From a virus (lineage: Duplodnaviria; Caudoviricetes), in the IMG/VR virus record IMGVR_UViG_3300020045_005743, positions 1 through 38,550 of that record: a DNA stretch of 38,550 bases; one strand, given 5' to 3'. This document shows positions 24,221 to 33,858 of this stretch, in pieces. Numbering within the stretch: the stretch's first letter is position 1; every line of letters begins with the position of its first letter. The notes beneath the pieces were generated by a model, which made no database searches, was not told the origin of the DNA, and was given only the letters and a program-made list of their open reading frames with translations. The translations under genes were made by a program, and so were the position numbers.

Positions 24221-25521
24221 TCCCCTACGCGCCTCGCCGCGTGTTCATGCCGTTCCACAATCGCACACAGCGGTTTGCCATTGGGGTGGCGCACAGGCGC
24301 TGCGGCAAGACGGTGGCCTGCATCAATGACATGATCCGCAATGCGGTGGTGTCCGATAAGCCCAACTACCGGGCGGCATACCTCGCGCCGTACCTAAAAC
24401 AAGCCAAGGACGTGGCTTGGGAGTATCTGAAACGATACAGCCAGCCGATATGGGCCAAGCCTCCGAATGAGTCGGAACTGTACGTCGAACTGATCGGCGG
24501 CAAGCGGCTCAAGATTTACGGCGCTGACAACCCGGACGCCCTTCGCGGTGGCTATCTGGATGACGCCACGCTGGATGAGTACGCGGATATGTACCCCGGA
24601 ATATTCGGGTCGATCATCCGCCCCATGCTGGCAGACCGACAAGGCACGGCCACGTTCATTGGTACGCCTAAAGGCCGAAATGCGTTCTTTGACCTGTTTG
24701 AGCGAGCCAAGACCGATCCTGACTGGTTCCCATTCTTCTTGCCTGCCAGCGAGACGCAAATCCTGCCCCAAAGCGAACTGATCGCAGCGGCTAGGGAGAT
24801 GACGCCTGAGCAGTACGAACAGGAGTTTGAATGCTCATTCGAGGCCGCAATCATCGGTGCTTACTACGGTAAGGACATGGCCGAGAGCGAGCGTGCCGGG
24901 CGGATCACAGACGTTCCGCATGATGACAAGCTGCCGGTCTATACGACGTGGGACCTTGGGATCGGCGACAGCACGGCCATTTGGTTCTGGCAGGCTCACG
25001 GGTCAGAGATTCGGGTGATCGACTTCTACGAGGCCAGCGGCGAGAGCATTGAGCATTACGCCAAGGTCTTGCAGGCCAAGCCGTATCGCTATGAGGCTGA
25101 CTGGGTTCCGCATGACGCACGGGTCAGGGAGCTAGGCACAGGCCGGACGCGGATTGAGACCATGATGGGCCTCAAGCTCAAGCCCAAACTGGTTCCAAGC
25201 CACAAGATACTGGACGGTATCAACGCGGGCCGTGTGCTGTTCCCGCGCATCTGGTTTGATCGGGACAAGTGCAAGGCCGGGCTAGAGTGCTTGCGCCAGT
25301 ACCGCGCCGACTATGACGAGAAGGCTAGGGTCTTCCGTGATGGCCCTAAGCACGATTGGACCAGCCACGCTGCTGACGCCTTCCGCTATCTCGCCATGGC
25401 CTACCGCGAGATTAAGCCTGAGGCCAAGGTGGTTGACGCGCCAATCAGAGGCATCCGTGACATGACGTGGGACGATCTGCTGGCTAATCAGCCGGTGGCT
25501 ATGCCTTACGAGCGCGCATGA
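24202..25521 (+). CDS. terL: Terminase large subunit
   Basis: Walker A HRRCGKT, Walker B LDEYAD, GTPKG, nuclease WDLGIGD and HAADAFRY. Confidence 0.95.
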   Translation: MAETRVIPYAPRRVFMPFHNRTQRFAIGVAHRRCGKTVACINDMIRNAVVSDKPNYRAAYLAPYLKQAKDVAWEYLKRYSQPIWAKPPNESELYVELIGGKRLKIYGADNPDALRGGYLDDATLDEYADMYPGIFGSIIRPMLADRQGTATFIGTPKGRNAFFDLFERAKTDPDWFPFFLPASETQILPQSELIAAAREMTPEQYEQEFECSFEAAIIGAYYGKDMAESERAGRITDVPHDDKLPVYTTWDLGIGDSTAIWFWQAHGSEIRVIDFYEASGESIEHYAKVLQAKPYRYEADWVPHDARVRELGTGRTRIETMMGLKLKPKLVPSHKILDGINAGRVLFPRIWFDRDKCKAGLECLRQYRADYDEKARVFRDGPKHDWTSHAADAFRYLAMAYREIKPEAKVVDAPIRGIRDMTWDDLLANQPVAMPYERA

Positions 25522-25529
25522 TCGTTCTA

Positions 25530-25558
25530 TCGACAAGCGAAGCCTAGCAAGTTATTGT
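25530..25558 (+). promoter_or_regulatory. Putative promoter of the head operon
   Basis: TCGACA-N17-TATTGT in the terL-portal gap. Confidence 0.45.
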
Positions 25559-25581
25559 CCCGCTAACGCTTGCGAGGGGCT

Positions 25582-27711
25582 ATGGCTTCCAACGAACCCG
25601 ACAATCAAGAGGCCGTTAACCTCGTCACCAAGTGGATTGACGAGATCAATCTGGCTGAGCGTGAGTTGCAGCCGTGGTGGAAGGCTGGCGATATCATCAT
25701 CCGCCGGTTCAAGAATGAGAACCGTGGCCGTGCTGGTGGCCGTCCGTCGATAGCCGATAACCGCAGGCGCTTTGCTGTGCTGTGGTCCAACGTCCAGACG
25801 CTACAGCCTGCCATCTACGCCAAGCAGCCGGTTCCGATGGTGGACAGGCGATATCGGGATGAAGACCCTGTAGGCAAGGTGGCCTCGGACGTGCTTGAGC
25901 GCGCGTTGGGCTTCAGCCTCGATCAGTACGACTTCGACGGTCGGGTGAAGCTGTGCGTTCTGGACTATCTGCTGCCGGGCCGAGGCCAAGTGTGGGTGCG
26001 ATACATCCCGCACATGAAGACGCTGAATGCCGAGCAAGACCCGGAGTTGGGCGAGGGCGAGGAAGACGCAGACACCACCGAGACAGGCGAGATTGAAGGC
26101 CCCGGCCCTGATGATTCAGCCGTGCATGAAGGTGCAGAGGGCGAGCCGTCTGAGGAGGTTGTGTACGAGGAAGTCCAGTGCGACCACGTTGCATGGAAAG
26201 ACTGGCTGACCAATCCAAGCCGTGAGTGGTCGGAAGTGCGGTGGGTTGGGCGGCGCGTCTATATGACGAAGGCCGAGCTTACCGAGCGGTTTGGGGCTGA
26301 GAAGGCCAAGCAAGTCCCGCTGACGACTACGGTGACGGGCGCTGGCAACGATCAGGCTGAGGAAGCCCAACGCCAAGCCAATCACACGGGCGAGGTCTAT
26401 GAGATTTGGGACAAGCCCAGCAAGAAAGCTTATTGGTTGTGCAAGGGCTACACGGGCGGGGTGCTTGATGAGCGCGAAGACCCGCTAGGGCTTAAGGGCT
26501 TCTTCCCTTGCCCCGCCCCTCTGAATGCCACGACGGCCAATGATAGCACGATCCCGGTTGCGGATTACGTGATGTATCAGGATCAGGCTGAAGAGCTTGA
26601 CGACCTGACGGCCCGCATCGGCAAGCTGCAAGAAGCTCTCCGCATGGTGGGCGTCTATGCAGGCGAGGCCAACCGCGAGCTTCAACTGGTGTTCTCGCCG
26701 GGCAATGAGAACAAGCTGATCCCCATCGACACCTACGACATCTGGAAGGAAAAGGGCGGCGTCAAGGGCCTGATCGACTGGGTTCCAATCGACATGGTGA
26801 TTGAGGTTCTGCGTGGGTGCTTTGAGACGCGCGCGCAAATCCTGAATGACATTTACCAGATTACTGGCCTGTCAGACATCATCCGGGGCGAGTCTAACCC
26901 GAACGAGACGGCAACGGCCCAACGGCTTAAAGGCCAGTGGGGAAGCCTGCGGGTTCGCGACCGTCAGCGTGATTTGCAACGGTTCTGCCGTGATGCGATC
27001 AGGCTGAAGGCTGAAGTTATTGCCGAGCATTTCAGCGTTGAGACGCTCAAGGTGATGACCAACGTTAAGCTCCTTACGGCGACTGAGAAGGCTCAAATCG
27101 AACAGATCATGCCGATGATCGAGCAAGCCAAGGCAGCGGGTATGCCTATTCCGCCCGGCATTGAGCCTGCTCCGGAAATGCTGGAACTGATGCAAGAGCC
27201 GACTTGGGATGAGGTTATGGCCCTGCTCAAGAATGACGCGCTGCGCTCGTTCCGCATCGACGTTGAGACTGACTCGACCGTTGAGCCGGATGAGAATGCG
27301 GCCAAGTTGGCGTTTACCGAGTTTACGTCTGCCACGGTGGGCCTGCTGACGGCTGCGGCTGGTATCGTTCCCACGGCTCCTTACACGGCTCCGCTCTTTG
27401 CCGAGATTCTGAAGCAGGGCGCTAGGACGTTCAACGTCTCGCGCCAAATGGAAGACGTGATTGACAAGGTGTTTGAGACTGCCGGGGAACAACCGCCCGC
27501 ACAACCTCCGGGTCCGCCGCCTCCGGATGAGAGCGCGATTCAGGTTGAGCAGATGAAGTCACAGACGGCTCAGATGCAGGCCCAAATAGAGCAGCAACGG
27601 ACGCAGATGGAGGGACAGCTTGGCGCGGCTGAGCTTCAACTGAAGGGCCAAGAGCTACAGGTGAAGGCTGCGGCCCTCGCCCGTGATCCGACCCCGCAAG
27701 GAACTGCGTAA
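25582..27711 (+). CDS. Portal protein (podovirus/P22-like size)
   Basis: Follows terL; about 709 aa; IYQITGLSDIIRG...ETATAQ motif; Gln-rich C-terminal barrel. Confidence 0.88.
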   Translation: MASNEPDNQEAVNLVTKWIDEINLAERELQPWWKAGDIIIRRFKNENRGRAGGRPSIADNRRRFAVLWSNVQTLQPAIYAKQPVPMVDRRYRDEDPVGKVASDVLERALGFSLDQYDFDGRVKLCVLDYLLPGRGQVWVRYIPHMKTLNAEQDPELGEGEEDADTTETGEIEGPGPDDSAVHEGAEGEPSEEVVYEEVQCDHVAWKDWLTNPSREWSEVRWVGRRVYMTKAELTERFGAEKAKQVPLTTTVTGAGNDQAEEAQRQANHTGEVYEIWDKPSKKAYWLCKGYTGGVLDEREDPLGLKGFFPCPAPLNATTANDSTIPVADYVMYQDQAEELDDLTARIGKLQEALRMVGVYAGEANRELQLVFSPGNENKLIPIDTYDIWKEKGGVKGLIDWVPIDMVIEVLRGCFETRAQILNDIYQITGLSDIIRGESNPNETATAQRLKGQWGSLRVRDRQRDLQRFCRDAIRLKAEVIAEHFSVETLKVMTNVKLLTATEKAQIEQIMPMIEQAKAAGMPIPPGIEPAPEMLELMQEPTWDEVMALLKNDALRSFRIDVETDSTVEPDENAAKLAFTEFTSATVGLLTAAAGIVPTAPYTAPLFAEILKQGARTFNVSRQMEDVIDKVFETAGEQPPAQPPGPPPPDESAIQVEQMKSQTAQMQAQIEQQRTQMEGQLGAAELQLKGQELQVKAAALARDPTPQGTA

Positions 27712-28496
27712 TGTCTAGGCCGGTCAATGAATGGCTGACCATAGCGTCTGAAGCGCTTTATCAATCCATGCCGATCTGGATTTCGGCAGGGTTGGTTGAT
27801 GGCTATTCGACGGTCAACAAGTTTGGCCGCAACCTCGACATTGATACCGGGACAACTCCGGAGGACATTTGGGGCGGTGGCGGGCTTTACACGGGTTTTC
27901 CGGTGGACACGCTTGAGCCTGTAGAGGTTCTGTCTTCCAGCGCGGATGATGCGTCGGCGGGGACGGGTCTGCGAACGGTGGTGGTTCAGGGCCTCAACGG
28001 CGATTGGGTCGAAATCAGCGAGACGATTACGCTCAACGGGACGACGCCGGTTCAATCGGTCAACTCGTATCGCCGCGTTCACACGATGCGGGGGGAAACG
28101 GCGGGCTCGGGTGGGTTCAACGTCGGGACGATCACGGTTCGTCATGCGACGACGGAGGCCAACGTGTTTCTCGCCATGTTGCCAACCACCAACCAGACGG
28201 CGTGTTCAGCCTACACGATCCCGGCTGGAAAGACTGGCTACATGATGGCCACGGCAGGCCAGATGCGAGGCCCTGCGACGGGTTCGGCTGACTGTGTTCT
28301 GGCGGTTCGCAGTTTTGGCGGCATATTCCGCTATCGGCGTCCGTTTACGGTTAGCTCCAACTATAGCTACAGCGAGGCGCTGACCGTTCCGATTGGCTTT
28401 TCTGAGAAAACGGACATCATCGTCCGCTGCATAGCCACGGCGGGCAGCAATCTGGAACTGACGGCGGGGTATGACTTGATTCTGGTGGACCAATGA
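27711..28496 (+). CDS. Hypothetical beta-rich protein, possibly virion-associated
   Basis: VNKFGRN.DID...EDIW motif; Thr/Gly-rich. Confidence 0.65.
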   Translation: MSRPVNEWLTIASEALYQSMPIWISAGLVDGYSTVNKFGRNLDIDTGTTPEDIWGGGGLYTGFPVDTLEPVEVLSSSADDASAGTGLRTVVVQGLNGDWVEISETITLNGTTPVQSVNSYRRVHTMRGETAGSGGFNVGTITVRHATTEANVFLAMLPTTNQTACSAYTIPAGKTGYMMATAGQMRGPATGSADCVLAVRSFGGIFRYRRPFTVSSNYSYSEALTVPIGFSEKTDIIVRCIATAGSNLELTAGYDLILVDQ

Positions 28497-28747
28497 CCCA
28501 GCAGGGGCTTAGGCAGGATAGCGCGCGGGACCAAAGCGGTTTCGCCACGGCCACGAACTACAACGAGGACTTGCAGCGCTTGTTCGATGCTGACGGTATC
28601 GCGGCGGGGACGTTCAATGAGCGCCAGTTGCTATGGATCAATGCCCGGCTAACGGCGACCTACACGAGCCTCAATGAAGCCATGCAGGCTTACGCGGAGA
28701 GCAAGGGCGCTGCCAACTGGTCCTCTCTTGGGACGCTTGCCGTATGA
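28493..28747 (+). CDS. Hypothetical protein
   Basis: Coupled, in the head operon. Confidence 0.65.
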   Translation: MTQQGLRQDSARDQSGFATATNYNEDLQRLFDADGIAAGTFNERQLLWINARLTATYTSLNEAMQAYAESKGAANWSSLGTLAV

Positions 28748-29073
28748 GCCGCGCCACCTATCGCATTTGTCGCTCTTGTGGGGACATGCACGAAGTCTCT
28801 GAGTGGCCGCGTGAGTGCCTAGAGCAGTTCCGCAAGGCCCGGTCTGATTTGCCTATGCCTGCAATCAGGGCAGACGGCATGGATGCGATTATGAACCACG
28901 CCAACGGGCTGATGTACGACAGCCGGTCAGCCTATGAGCGCGGCGTGAAGGACGCTGGCTGCGAGATTATCGGCAACGAAAAGATTGAGGCAAAGCCACG
29001 GCCTGTGCTGTCGGACCGTGAGCTTAAGCAGGACATCAAGACGGCTATGGATCAGGTGGAGGCCAGACTATGA
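28744..29073 (+). CDS. Hypothetical protein (CxxC...H)
   Basis: Coupled; typical pre-scaffold gene. Confidence 0.7.
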   Translation: MSRATYRICRSCGDMHEVSEWPRECLEQFRKARSDLPMPAIRADGMDAIMNHANGLMYDSRSAYERGVKDAGCEIIGNEKIEAKPRPVLSDRELKQDIKTAMDQVEARL

Positions 29074-30098
29074 GCGACATGGAAGACGACATTCGGGCGG
29101 CAATGGCAGAGGTTAGCGGCAACGCACCAGAACCAGAACCCGTTGAGGAAGTGGTGGTTGCGCCGGAAGCGGTTATCGCTGAGGCAGAACAGCCCCAAGA
29201 TGACACTGATAAGGCTAATGACGGACGCGAGCGCGGTCCTGACGGCAAGTTTATTGCCAAGCAGCCTGAAACGGTGCAAGATACTACCGACCACCCCTCG
29301 GAGGCAGTCGCGGACCCTGCTGTAAAGCTCGCCATCCGCGCCCCGGCTTCATGGTCGCCTGCGGCTAAGGCCACGTTCGATAAACTTCCTCCCGAAGTGC
29401 AACAGGCTGTTGCAAAGCGAGAGCAGGAAATCGACCACGGACTGCGGCGCAAGTCTGAGGAAGTGAAGCGGTATGAGCCGCTAGAACAAGTGCTTGCCCC
29501 TCGCCGCGCCCTTTGGGCCGCTCAAGGGCTGGATGAAGTTCAGGCCGTCAAGACGCTGCTAGCAGCACAGGACTTGCTTGAAAAGAACCCGATGCAAGGG
29601 CTTGAGTTTCTGGCCAAGTCATACGGCGTGAGTTTAAATACGGCCCAGCCGCAACAGGGACAGGCTTACCAGCCCCAGCCCGCACCGGACAGCCACCCCG
29701 AGATTGCAGCCCTCAAGCAGCAACTCCAAGTCCTGCAAAGCCAAGTCCAGACGGCGCAAACCGCGCCTATCGTGAGTCAGATCGAGGCCTTCCAGAACGA
29801 TCCGGCCAACCTGTATTTCGAGAACGTCCGCGACGACATGGCGGTCCTCTTGAACAACGGGAAAGCGTCGGACCTTAAGGAAGCCTACGATATGGCTTGC
29901 TGGATGAGGCCGGACATTCGCCCGTTCCTGCAAACCGCGCAGGCCCCGGCGGCTCCGATGCAGGACAAGGCAGCGCAAGCGCGGAAGGCGGCTGTCAGCG
30001 TCACCGGGTCTCCGGGTCAGTCCCGTATTCCCAAGTCCAACGGATCAATCGAGGACGATATTCGCGCGGCTTTTGAAGAAGTCGCCGGTACGGCCTAG
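29070..30098 (+). CDS. Capsid scaffolding protein
   Basis: Acidic N-terminus, RGPDGKF and APASW motifs, coiled coil; directly before the capsid gene. Confidence 0.8.
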   Translation: MSDMEDDIRAAMAEVSGNAPEPEPVEEVVVAPEAVIAEAEQPQDDTDKANDGRERGPDGKFIAKQPETVQDTTDHPSEAVADPAVKLAIRAPASWSPAAKATFDKLPPEVQQAVAKREQEIDHGLRRKSEEVKRYEPLEQVLAPRRALWAAQGLDEVQAVKTLLAAQDLLEKNPMQGLEFLAKSYGVSLNTAQPQQGQAYQPQPAPDSHPEIAALKQQLQVLQSQVQTAQTAPIVSQIEAFQNDPANLYFENVRDDMAVLLNNGKASDLKEAYDMACWMRPDIRPFLQTAQAPAAPMQDKAAQARKAAVSVTGSPGQSRIPKSNGSIEDDIRAAFEEVAGTA

Positions 30099-30108
30099 GA
30101 GAACATAG

Positions 30109-31080
30109 ATGGCATCCCCGAATGTCTCGGAAATCGCCACCACTACCCTGCGTAACCGCACGGGCAAGCTGGCGGACAACGTCACCAACAACAACGCGAT
30201 TCTGTCGCGTATGCAGCGTCGTGGCACGATCAAGCCGGTTTCCGGCGGTCGCACCATCCTGCAAGAGCTGGAATACGCTGAAAACGTCACTTACCAGCGC
30301 TATTCGGGCTATGAAGTCCTGAACATCTCGCCCAGCGACGTGTTTACGGCTGCTGAGTTCGACTGGAAGCAAATCGCCGTCAACGTGACCATGAGCGGTC
30401 TGGAGCAACTGCAAAACTCCGGCGTTGACGCAATCATCGACCTGCTGGCCTCGCGTATCAAGAACGCCGAGAAAACCATGCAGAACGGTGTGGCTGAAGA
30501 CCTGTACTCCAACGGCACCGCGTCCGGTGGCAAGCAGATCGGTGGCCTTCAGCTTCTCGTCGCTGATGACCCGACCACGGGTACGGTCGGTGGCATCAAC
30601 CGTGCAACGTGGGCTTTCTGGCAAAACCAGAAGTTCCAAGCCACGGCGGATGGCGGTTCGGCTGCTTCGGCGGCTAACATCACCCGCTTCATGAACACCC
30701 TGTATCGCCAATGCTCGCGCGGTACGGACAAGCCTGATCTGATCCTGTGTGATGACAACTACTTCGGCTTCTATGAGTCGTCGCTTCAGGACATTCAGCG
30801 CGTCACCAACCCGAACGAAGCAGACGCCGGTTATGTCTCGCTGAAGTACAAGGGTACGGACGTGGTGTTCGACGGTGGTTACGGCGGGGCTTGCCCGGCC
30901 AACCACATGTACTTCCTCAACACCGGTTATATCCATTGGCGGCCTCACAAGGACCGCAACATGGTTCCGCTGGAAGAAGTGCGTTCGATCAACCAAGACG
31001 CCATGGTCAAGCCTATCGTTTGGGCTGGTAATCTCACTCTGTCCAACGCCTTCCTTCAGGGCGTCCTCTTCCAGTCTTAA
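30109..31080 (+). CDS. Major capsid protein
   Basis: ATTTLRNR...LADNVTNNNA; 323 aa; strongly biased codons; AGGAG RBS. Confidence 0.9.
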   Translation: MASPNVSEIATTTLRNRTGKLADNVTNNNAILSRMQRRGTIKPVSGGRTILQELEYAENVTYQRYSGYEVLNISPSDVFTAAEFDWKQIAVNVTMSGLEQLQNSGVDAIIDLLASRIKNAEKTMQNGVAEDLYSNGTASGGKQIGGLQLLVADDPTTGTVGGINRATWAFWQNQKFQATADGGSAASAANITRFMNTLYRQCSRGTDKPDLILCDDNYFGFYESSLQDIQRVTNPNEADAGYVSLKYKGTDVVFDGGYGGACPANHMYFLNTGYIHWRPHKDRNMVPLEEVRSINQDAMVKPIVWAGNLTLSNAFLQGVLFQS

Positions 31081-31102
31081 GCCCCCGAAAGGAGCAACGA
31101 AC

Positions 31103-31390
31103 ATGGCATCGCCTGCCGCAACGGTCTTCGCGACCACTCCGACTGTGGGGATTGATCTGGACGCCAAGTCCTCGACCCCGGCCTTCGCAGTCAACACGTC
31201 CATTCGTGCGAATGATGCACGTCTGCACGTTTACGCCCGTGCCTCGGAGGCTCTGGCCTCTACGGCGACTATCCTGATCGGCACCAACGGCTCGGCATCC
31301 TCGGATTCGGGTTCGGCTGGCTTCACGGTCAACACCACGGGCGGCGTGACTGCTGGCCAGTACTTCTGGGCCAAACAGACCGCCCTCTAG
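31103..31390 (+). CDS. Capsid decoration/cement protein (putative)
   Basis: AAAGGAG RBS; small Ala/Thr/Ser-rich beta protein after the capsid gene. Confidence 0.65.
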   Translation: MASPAATVFATTPTVGIDLDAKSSTPAFAVNTSIRANDARLHVYARASEALASTATILIGTNGSASSDSGSAGFTVNTTGGVTAGQYFWAKQTAL

Positions 31391-31404
31391 CGCCTGTCCC
31401 TGAT

Positions 31405-31467
31405 CCTAGCCTCCACTGGGGTTAGGTGATAGCTTAGCGGCTCTCGGCTTCGGTCGGGGGCCGTTTT
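31405..31467 (+). terminator. Double hairpin / rho-independent terminator
   Basis: CCTAGCCTC/GGGGTTAGG, then AGCGGCTCTCGGC-TTCG-GTCGGGGGCCGTTTT. Confidence 0.7.
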
Positions 31468-31484
31468 GCGTATTGGAGGATACG

Positions 31485-31688
31485 ATGAAGTCAAAGGCCA
31501 CGCGGAATTGTCGTCGCAAGATGGCTTTTCCGACAGAGCATCGCGCCCGCGTAATAGGCTCGCTGAAAATGGTCGCCGGTACTCAGTGGCCGTATATGTG
31601 CCCATGCTGCGAGCGGTGGCATCTGACAAGCCAAGAGCAAGAGGGCGTGACGCCCGTGCGGCCTTTCAAGGCGGGGATATTCTCATGA
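31485..31688 (+). CDS. Small Zn-binding protein (YxCxxCxxWHLT)
   Basis: GGAGGA RBS; ATGA overlap with the GT gene. Confidence 0.65.
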   Translation: MKSKATRNCRRKMAFPTEHRARVIGSLKMVAGTQWPYMCPCCERWHLTSQEQEGVTPVRPFKAGIFS

Positions 31689-33121
31689 TTAACGTCGTCA
31701 GTGTGCGCGTCGGGGACAAATACCCGATAGAGTACGTCACTCGCCTTCACGACGGCATCGCCCGCCATCTAGCGGAAGAGCAACGCCATTGGTGTCTGAC
31801 GGACGACCCGGAGAGCCTGCCGGAAGGCATCACGGCCATTCCGCACAATCCCGATCTGCCGGGTTGGTGGCAAAAGGTCTATCTGTTCTCTCCGGATATG
31901 CCGTGGGAGACATTTTCTGACGTTCTGTACATGGACTTGGACGTTTGCGTGACAGGCCGTCTTGAGGGTCTGCAACACGGCATCATCAAGGATTGGCACT
32001 GGCCCTGCTATAACAGCAGCGTCATGCGCTGGCCTTACGGGCAACACGCTGACATATGGACCCGTTTCACGCTGGACGTAATCGACCGGCCCACGGAGAG
32101 CCTTAAGGGCCTTCTCCCCGCTGGCCAGATCAACGGCGGCGATCAGGAATGGATTAGCCAAGTCAGCGCGTGGCAGACGTTCCCGCCTGAAATGTTCGTA
32201 TCGTACCGCGACGCGGTCGCTTGGCCTCCCGAGACGGCCAAGGCGGTCATATTCCACGGAAAGCCCAAGCCGGACGAAGTGACGGAGGGCTGGGTTCCGG
32301 GCGTCTGGAAAGTCGGGGGCTTTACGGCCATGCCAGAGCTAAAGGGCATGAACGTATCGCACGACTTCGCTTACGGAAACGTCCGAGCGAACGTGCTTAG
32401 GGACTTGCCGTGGTTCTCAGGCTTTGGAGAACAAGACAAGGGCTGCGTCATCGTCGGCGGCGGTCCCTCGCTTTCGGACAGTGTGAAGGCGATCAAAGAC
32501 CATCGGAGGCGCGGCCTCAAGATCATCACGGTCAACAACGCTTTGCGGTTCCTGACGGACAAGGGGATTACGCCTGACGCCCATGTGATGCTGGATGCGC
32601 GGAAAGAGAATCTACACATGGTCGAGGATGCGCCAAAGAACGTGCGCTATTTCCTCGCTTCTCAGGTTCATCCGTGCGTGTTTGATGCACTTTCGGGGCA
32701 TGATGTTGTTCTGTGGCATAACGCGATGGGTTCCGGAGAGGAGCTTATGGACATCATCAAGCCGTGGTTTGACGAAGGGCCGAACCAGAAAGCGTGTGTT
32801 CTGGTGCCGGGAGGCGGGACTGTGGGCCTTCGGGCGATCAATCTGGCATGGTTATCGGGCTACAAGAAAATCCACCTGTACGGCTTCGACAGCTCGTATG
32901 CTGAGGGCAAGCACCACGCCTATTCGCAGAGCCTCAATGACGGCGAGCCTACGCAGGAAGTCGTGTTGGCCGACAAGACGTACACTTGCGCCCGATGGAT
33001 GATTAGGCAGGCAATGGAGTTTCAACAGCAGTTCATGTACCTTCGAGACCGAGGCGTGAAGGTCATAGCGCACGGTTCCGGGCTCGTGCCTGACATGGGG
33101 AGACTATTGAATGGAGCGTAA
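31685..33121 (+). CDS. Bifunctional glycosyltransferase: GT-A (GT8-like) fused to a Maf/DUF115 (MptE-like) domain
   Basis: N-half LYMDLDV, GDQEWI, FHGKPKP; C-half IVGGGPSL, GGTVG.RA..LA...GYKKIHLYGFDS; true start probably MINVVSV at 31685. Confidence 0.8.
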   Translation: MINVVSVRVGDKYPIEYVTRLHDGIARHLAEEQRHWCLTDDPESLPEGITAIPHNPDLPGWWQKVYLFSPDMPWETFSDVLYMDLDVCVTGRLEGLQHGIIKDWHWPCYNSSVMRWPYGQHADIWTRFTLDVIDRPTESLKGLLPAGQINGGDQEWISQVSAWQTFPPEMFVSYRDAVAWPPETAKAVIFHGKPKPDEVTEGWVPGVWKVGGFTAMPELKGMNVSHDFAYGNVRANVLRDLPWFSGFGEQDKGCVIVGGGPSLSDSVKAIKDHRRRGLKIITVNNALRFLTDKGITPDAHVMLDARKENLHMVEDAPKNVRYFLASQVHPCVFDALSGHDVVLWHNAMGSGEELMDIIKPWFDEGPNQKACVLVPGGGTVGLRAINLAWLSGYKKIHLYGFDSSYAEGKHHAYSQSLNDGEPTQEVVLADKTYTCARWMIRQAMEFQQQFMYLRDRGVKVIAHGSGLVPDMGRLLNGA

Positions 33122-33602
33122 TGTTCGTCCGCTTGAGGACCGCCTTCATGCAAAGACCGAGCCCGAGTTGAATACAGGCTGTCTTTTGTGGTCGGGCAGC
33201 ACTAACCACAAAGGTTACGGCTTGATCATGGTTCGCAAGGGCTACAACAGAAGCACCCATCGGGTTGCGTGGGAGGTAGCTAACCGCCGTCCCGTGCCGG
33301 ACGGGCTTCACGTTCTGCACAAGTGCGACACGCCCGCTTGCATAAACCCTGACCATCTTTGGCTTGGAACGAACCGCGACAACGCCCGAGATTGTTTTGC
33401 GAAAGGTCGCCAGTTAGTAGGCGCGGCACGCAAAAAACCGAGCAACACCAAGCTTTCTGTCGCTATCGCTGAAGAGATAAGGAAGTCGCCTCTTAGCGCG
33501 AGGGTGCTTGCGGCAAAGCACGGCATTGCTCATTCGCTCGCACATAGGATTAAGACCGGAAAATCGTGGCCCGCTCCGGCAATGGGGAGATTACTCGCAT
33601 GA
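33111..33602 (+). CDS. HNH homing endonuclease
   Basis: GCLLW...GYG...THRVAW...VLHKCDTPACINPDHLWLGTNRDN. Confidence 0.9.
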   Translation: MERNVRPLEDRLHAKTEPELNTGCLLWSGSTNHKGYGLIMVRKGYNRSTHRVAWEVANRRPVPDGLHVLHKCDTPACINPDHLWLGTNRDNARDCFAKGRQLVGAARKKPSNTKLSVAIAEEIRKSPLSARVLAAKHGIAHSLAHRIKTGKSWPAPAMGRLLA

Positions 33603-33679
33603 TGCTCGCGATTGGACTTCTAGCGATCTGGCTTCTTTGGCTTGCCGTTGTCGGTATCTTTGTGAACACGCGCCGATGA
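33599..33679 (+). CDS. 26-aa single-TM peptide (not in ORF track)
   Basis: MMLAIGLLAIWLLWLAVVGIFVNTRR; GGGGAG RBS; coupled at both ends. Confidence 0.5.
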   Translation: MMLAIGLLAIWLLWLAVVGIFVNTRR

Positions 33680-33858
33680 GCAGCCAGTACGACGCGCGGA
33701 ACGGCAATGACCGACGCAAGGCGTGGGCCACGCTCAAGTGGTATCCTGAGCGGCTGACGGACGCTGACCGGGCGCTGCTGCTTCTCGATGAGCCGGACTT
33801 TTACGCTCCTGTGGACGCCAACCGTCACCTGTACGATGAGCGGGGTTTTGCCAAGTGA
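33676..33858 (+). CDS. Hypothetical protein (60 aa)
   Basis: ATGA coupling; starts MSSQYDARN. Confidence 0.55.
   Translation: MSSQYDARNGNDRRKAWATLKWYPERLTDADRALLLLDEPDFYAPVDANRHLYDERGFAK

Noticed and set aside
30875-31102. Possible +1 frameshift fusing capsid to the decoration protein
   Set aside because: The +1 frame is open, but TCT-TAA is not a convincing shift site and the downstream gene has its own strong RBS.
30001-31203. 400-aa antisense ORF over the capsid gene
   Set aside because: Shadow ORF caused by strong codon bias in a GC-rich gene; no RBS or recognisable motifs.
31466-31684. N-terminal extension of the 551-aa GT ORF
   Set aside because: The region is better explained by the Zn-finger ORF with a GGAGGA RBS; the GT start at 31685 is ATGA-coupled.
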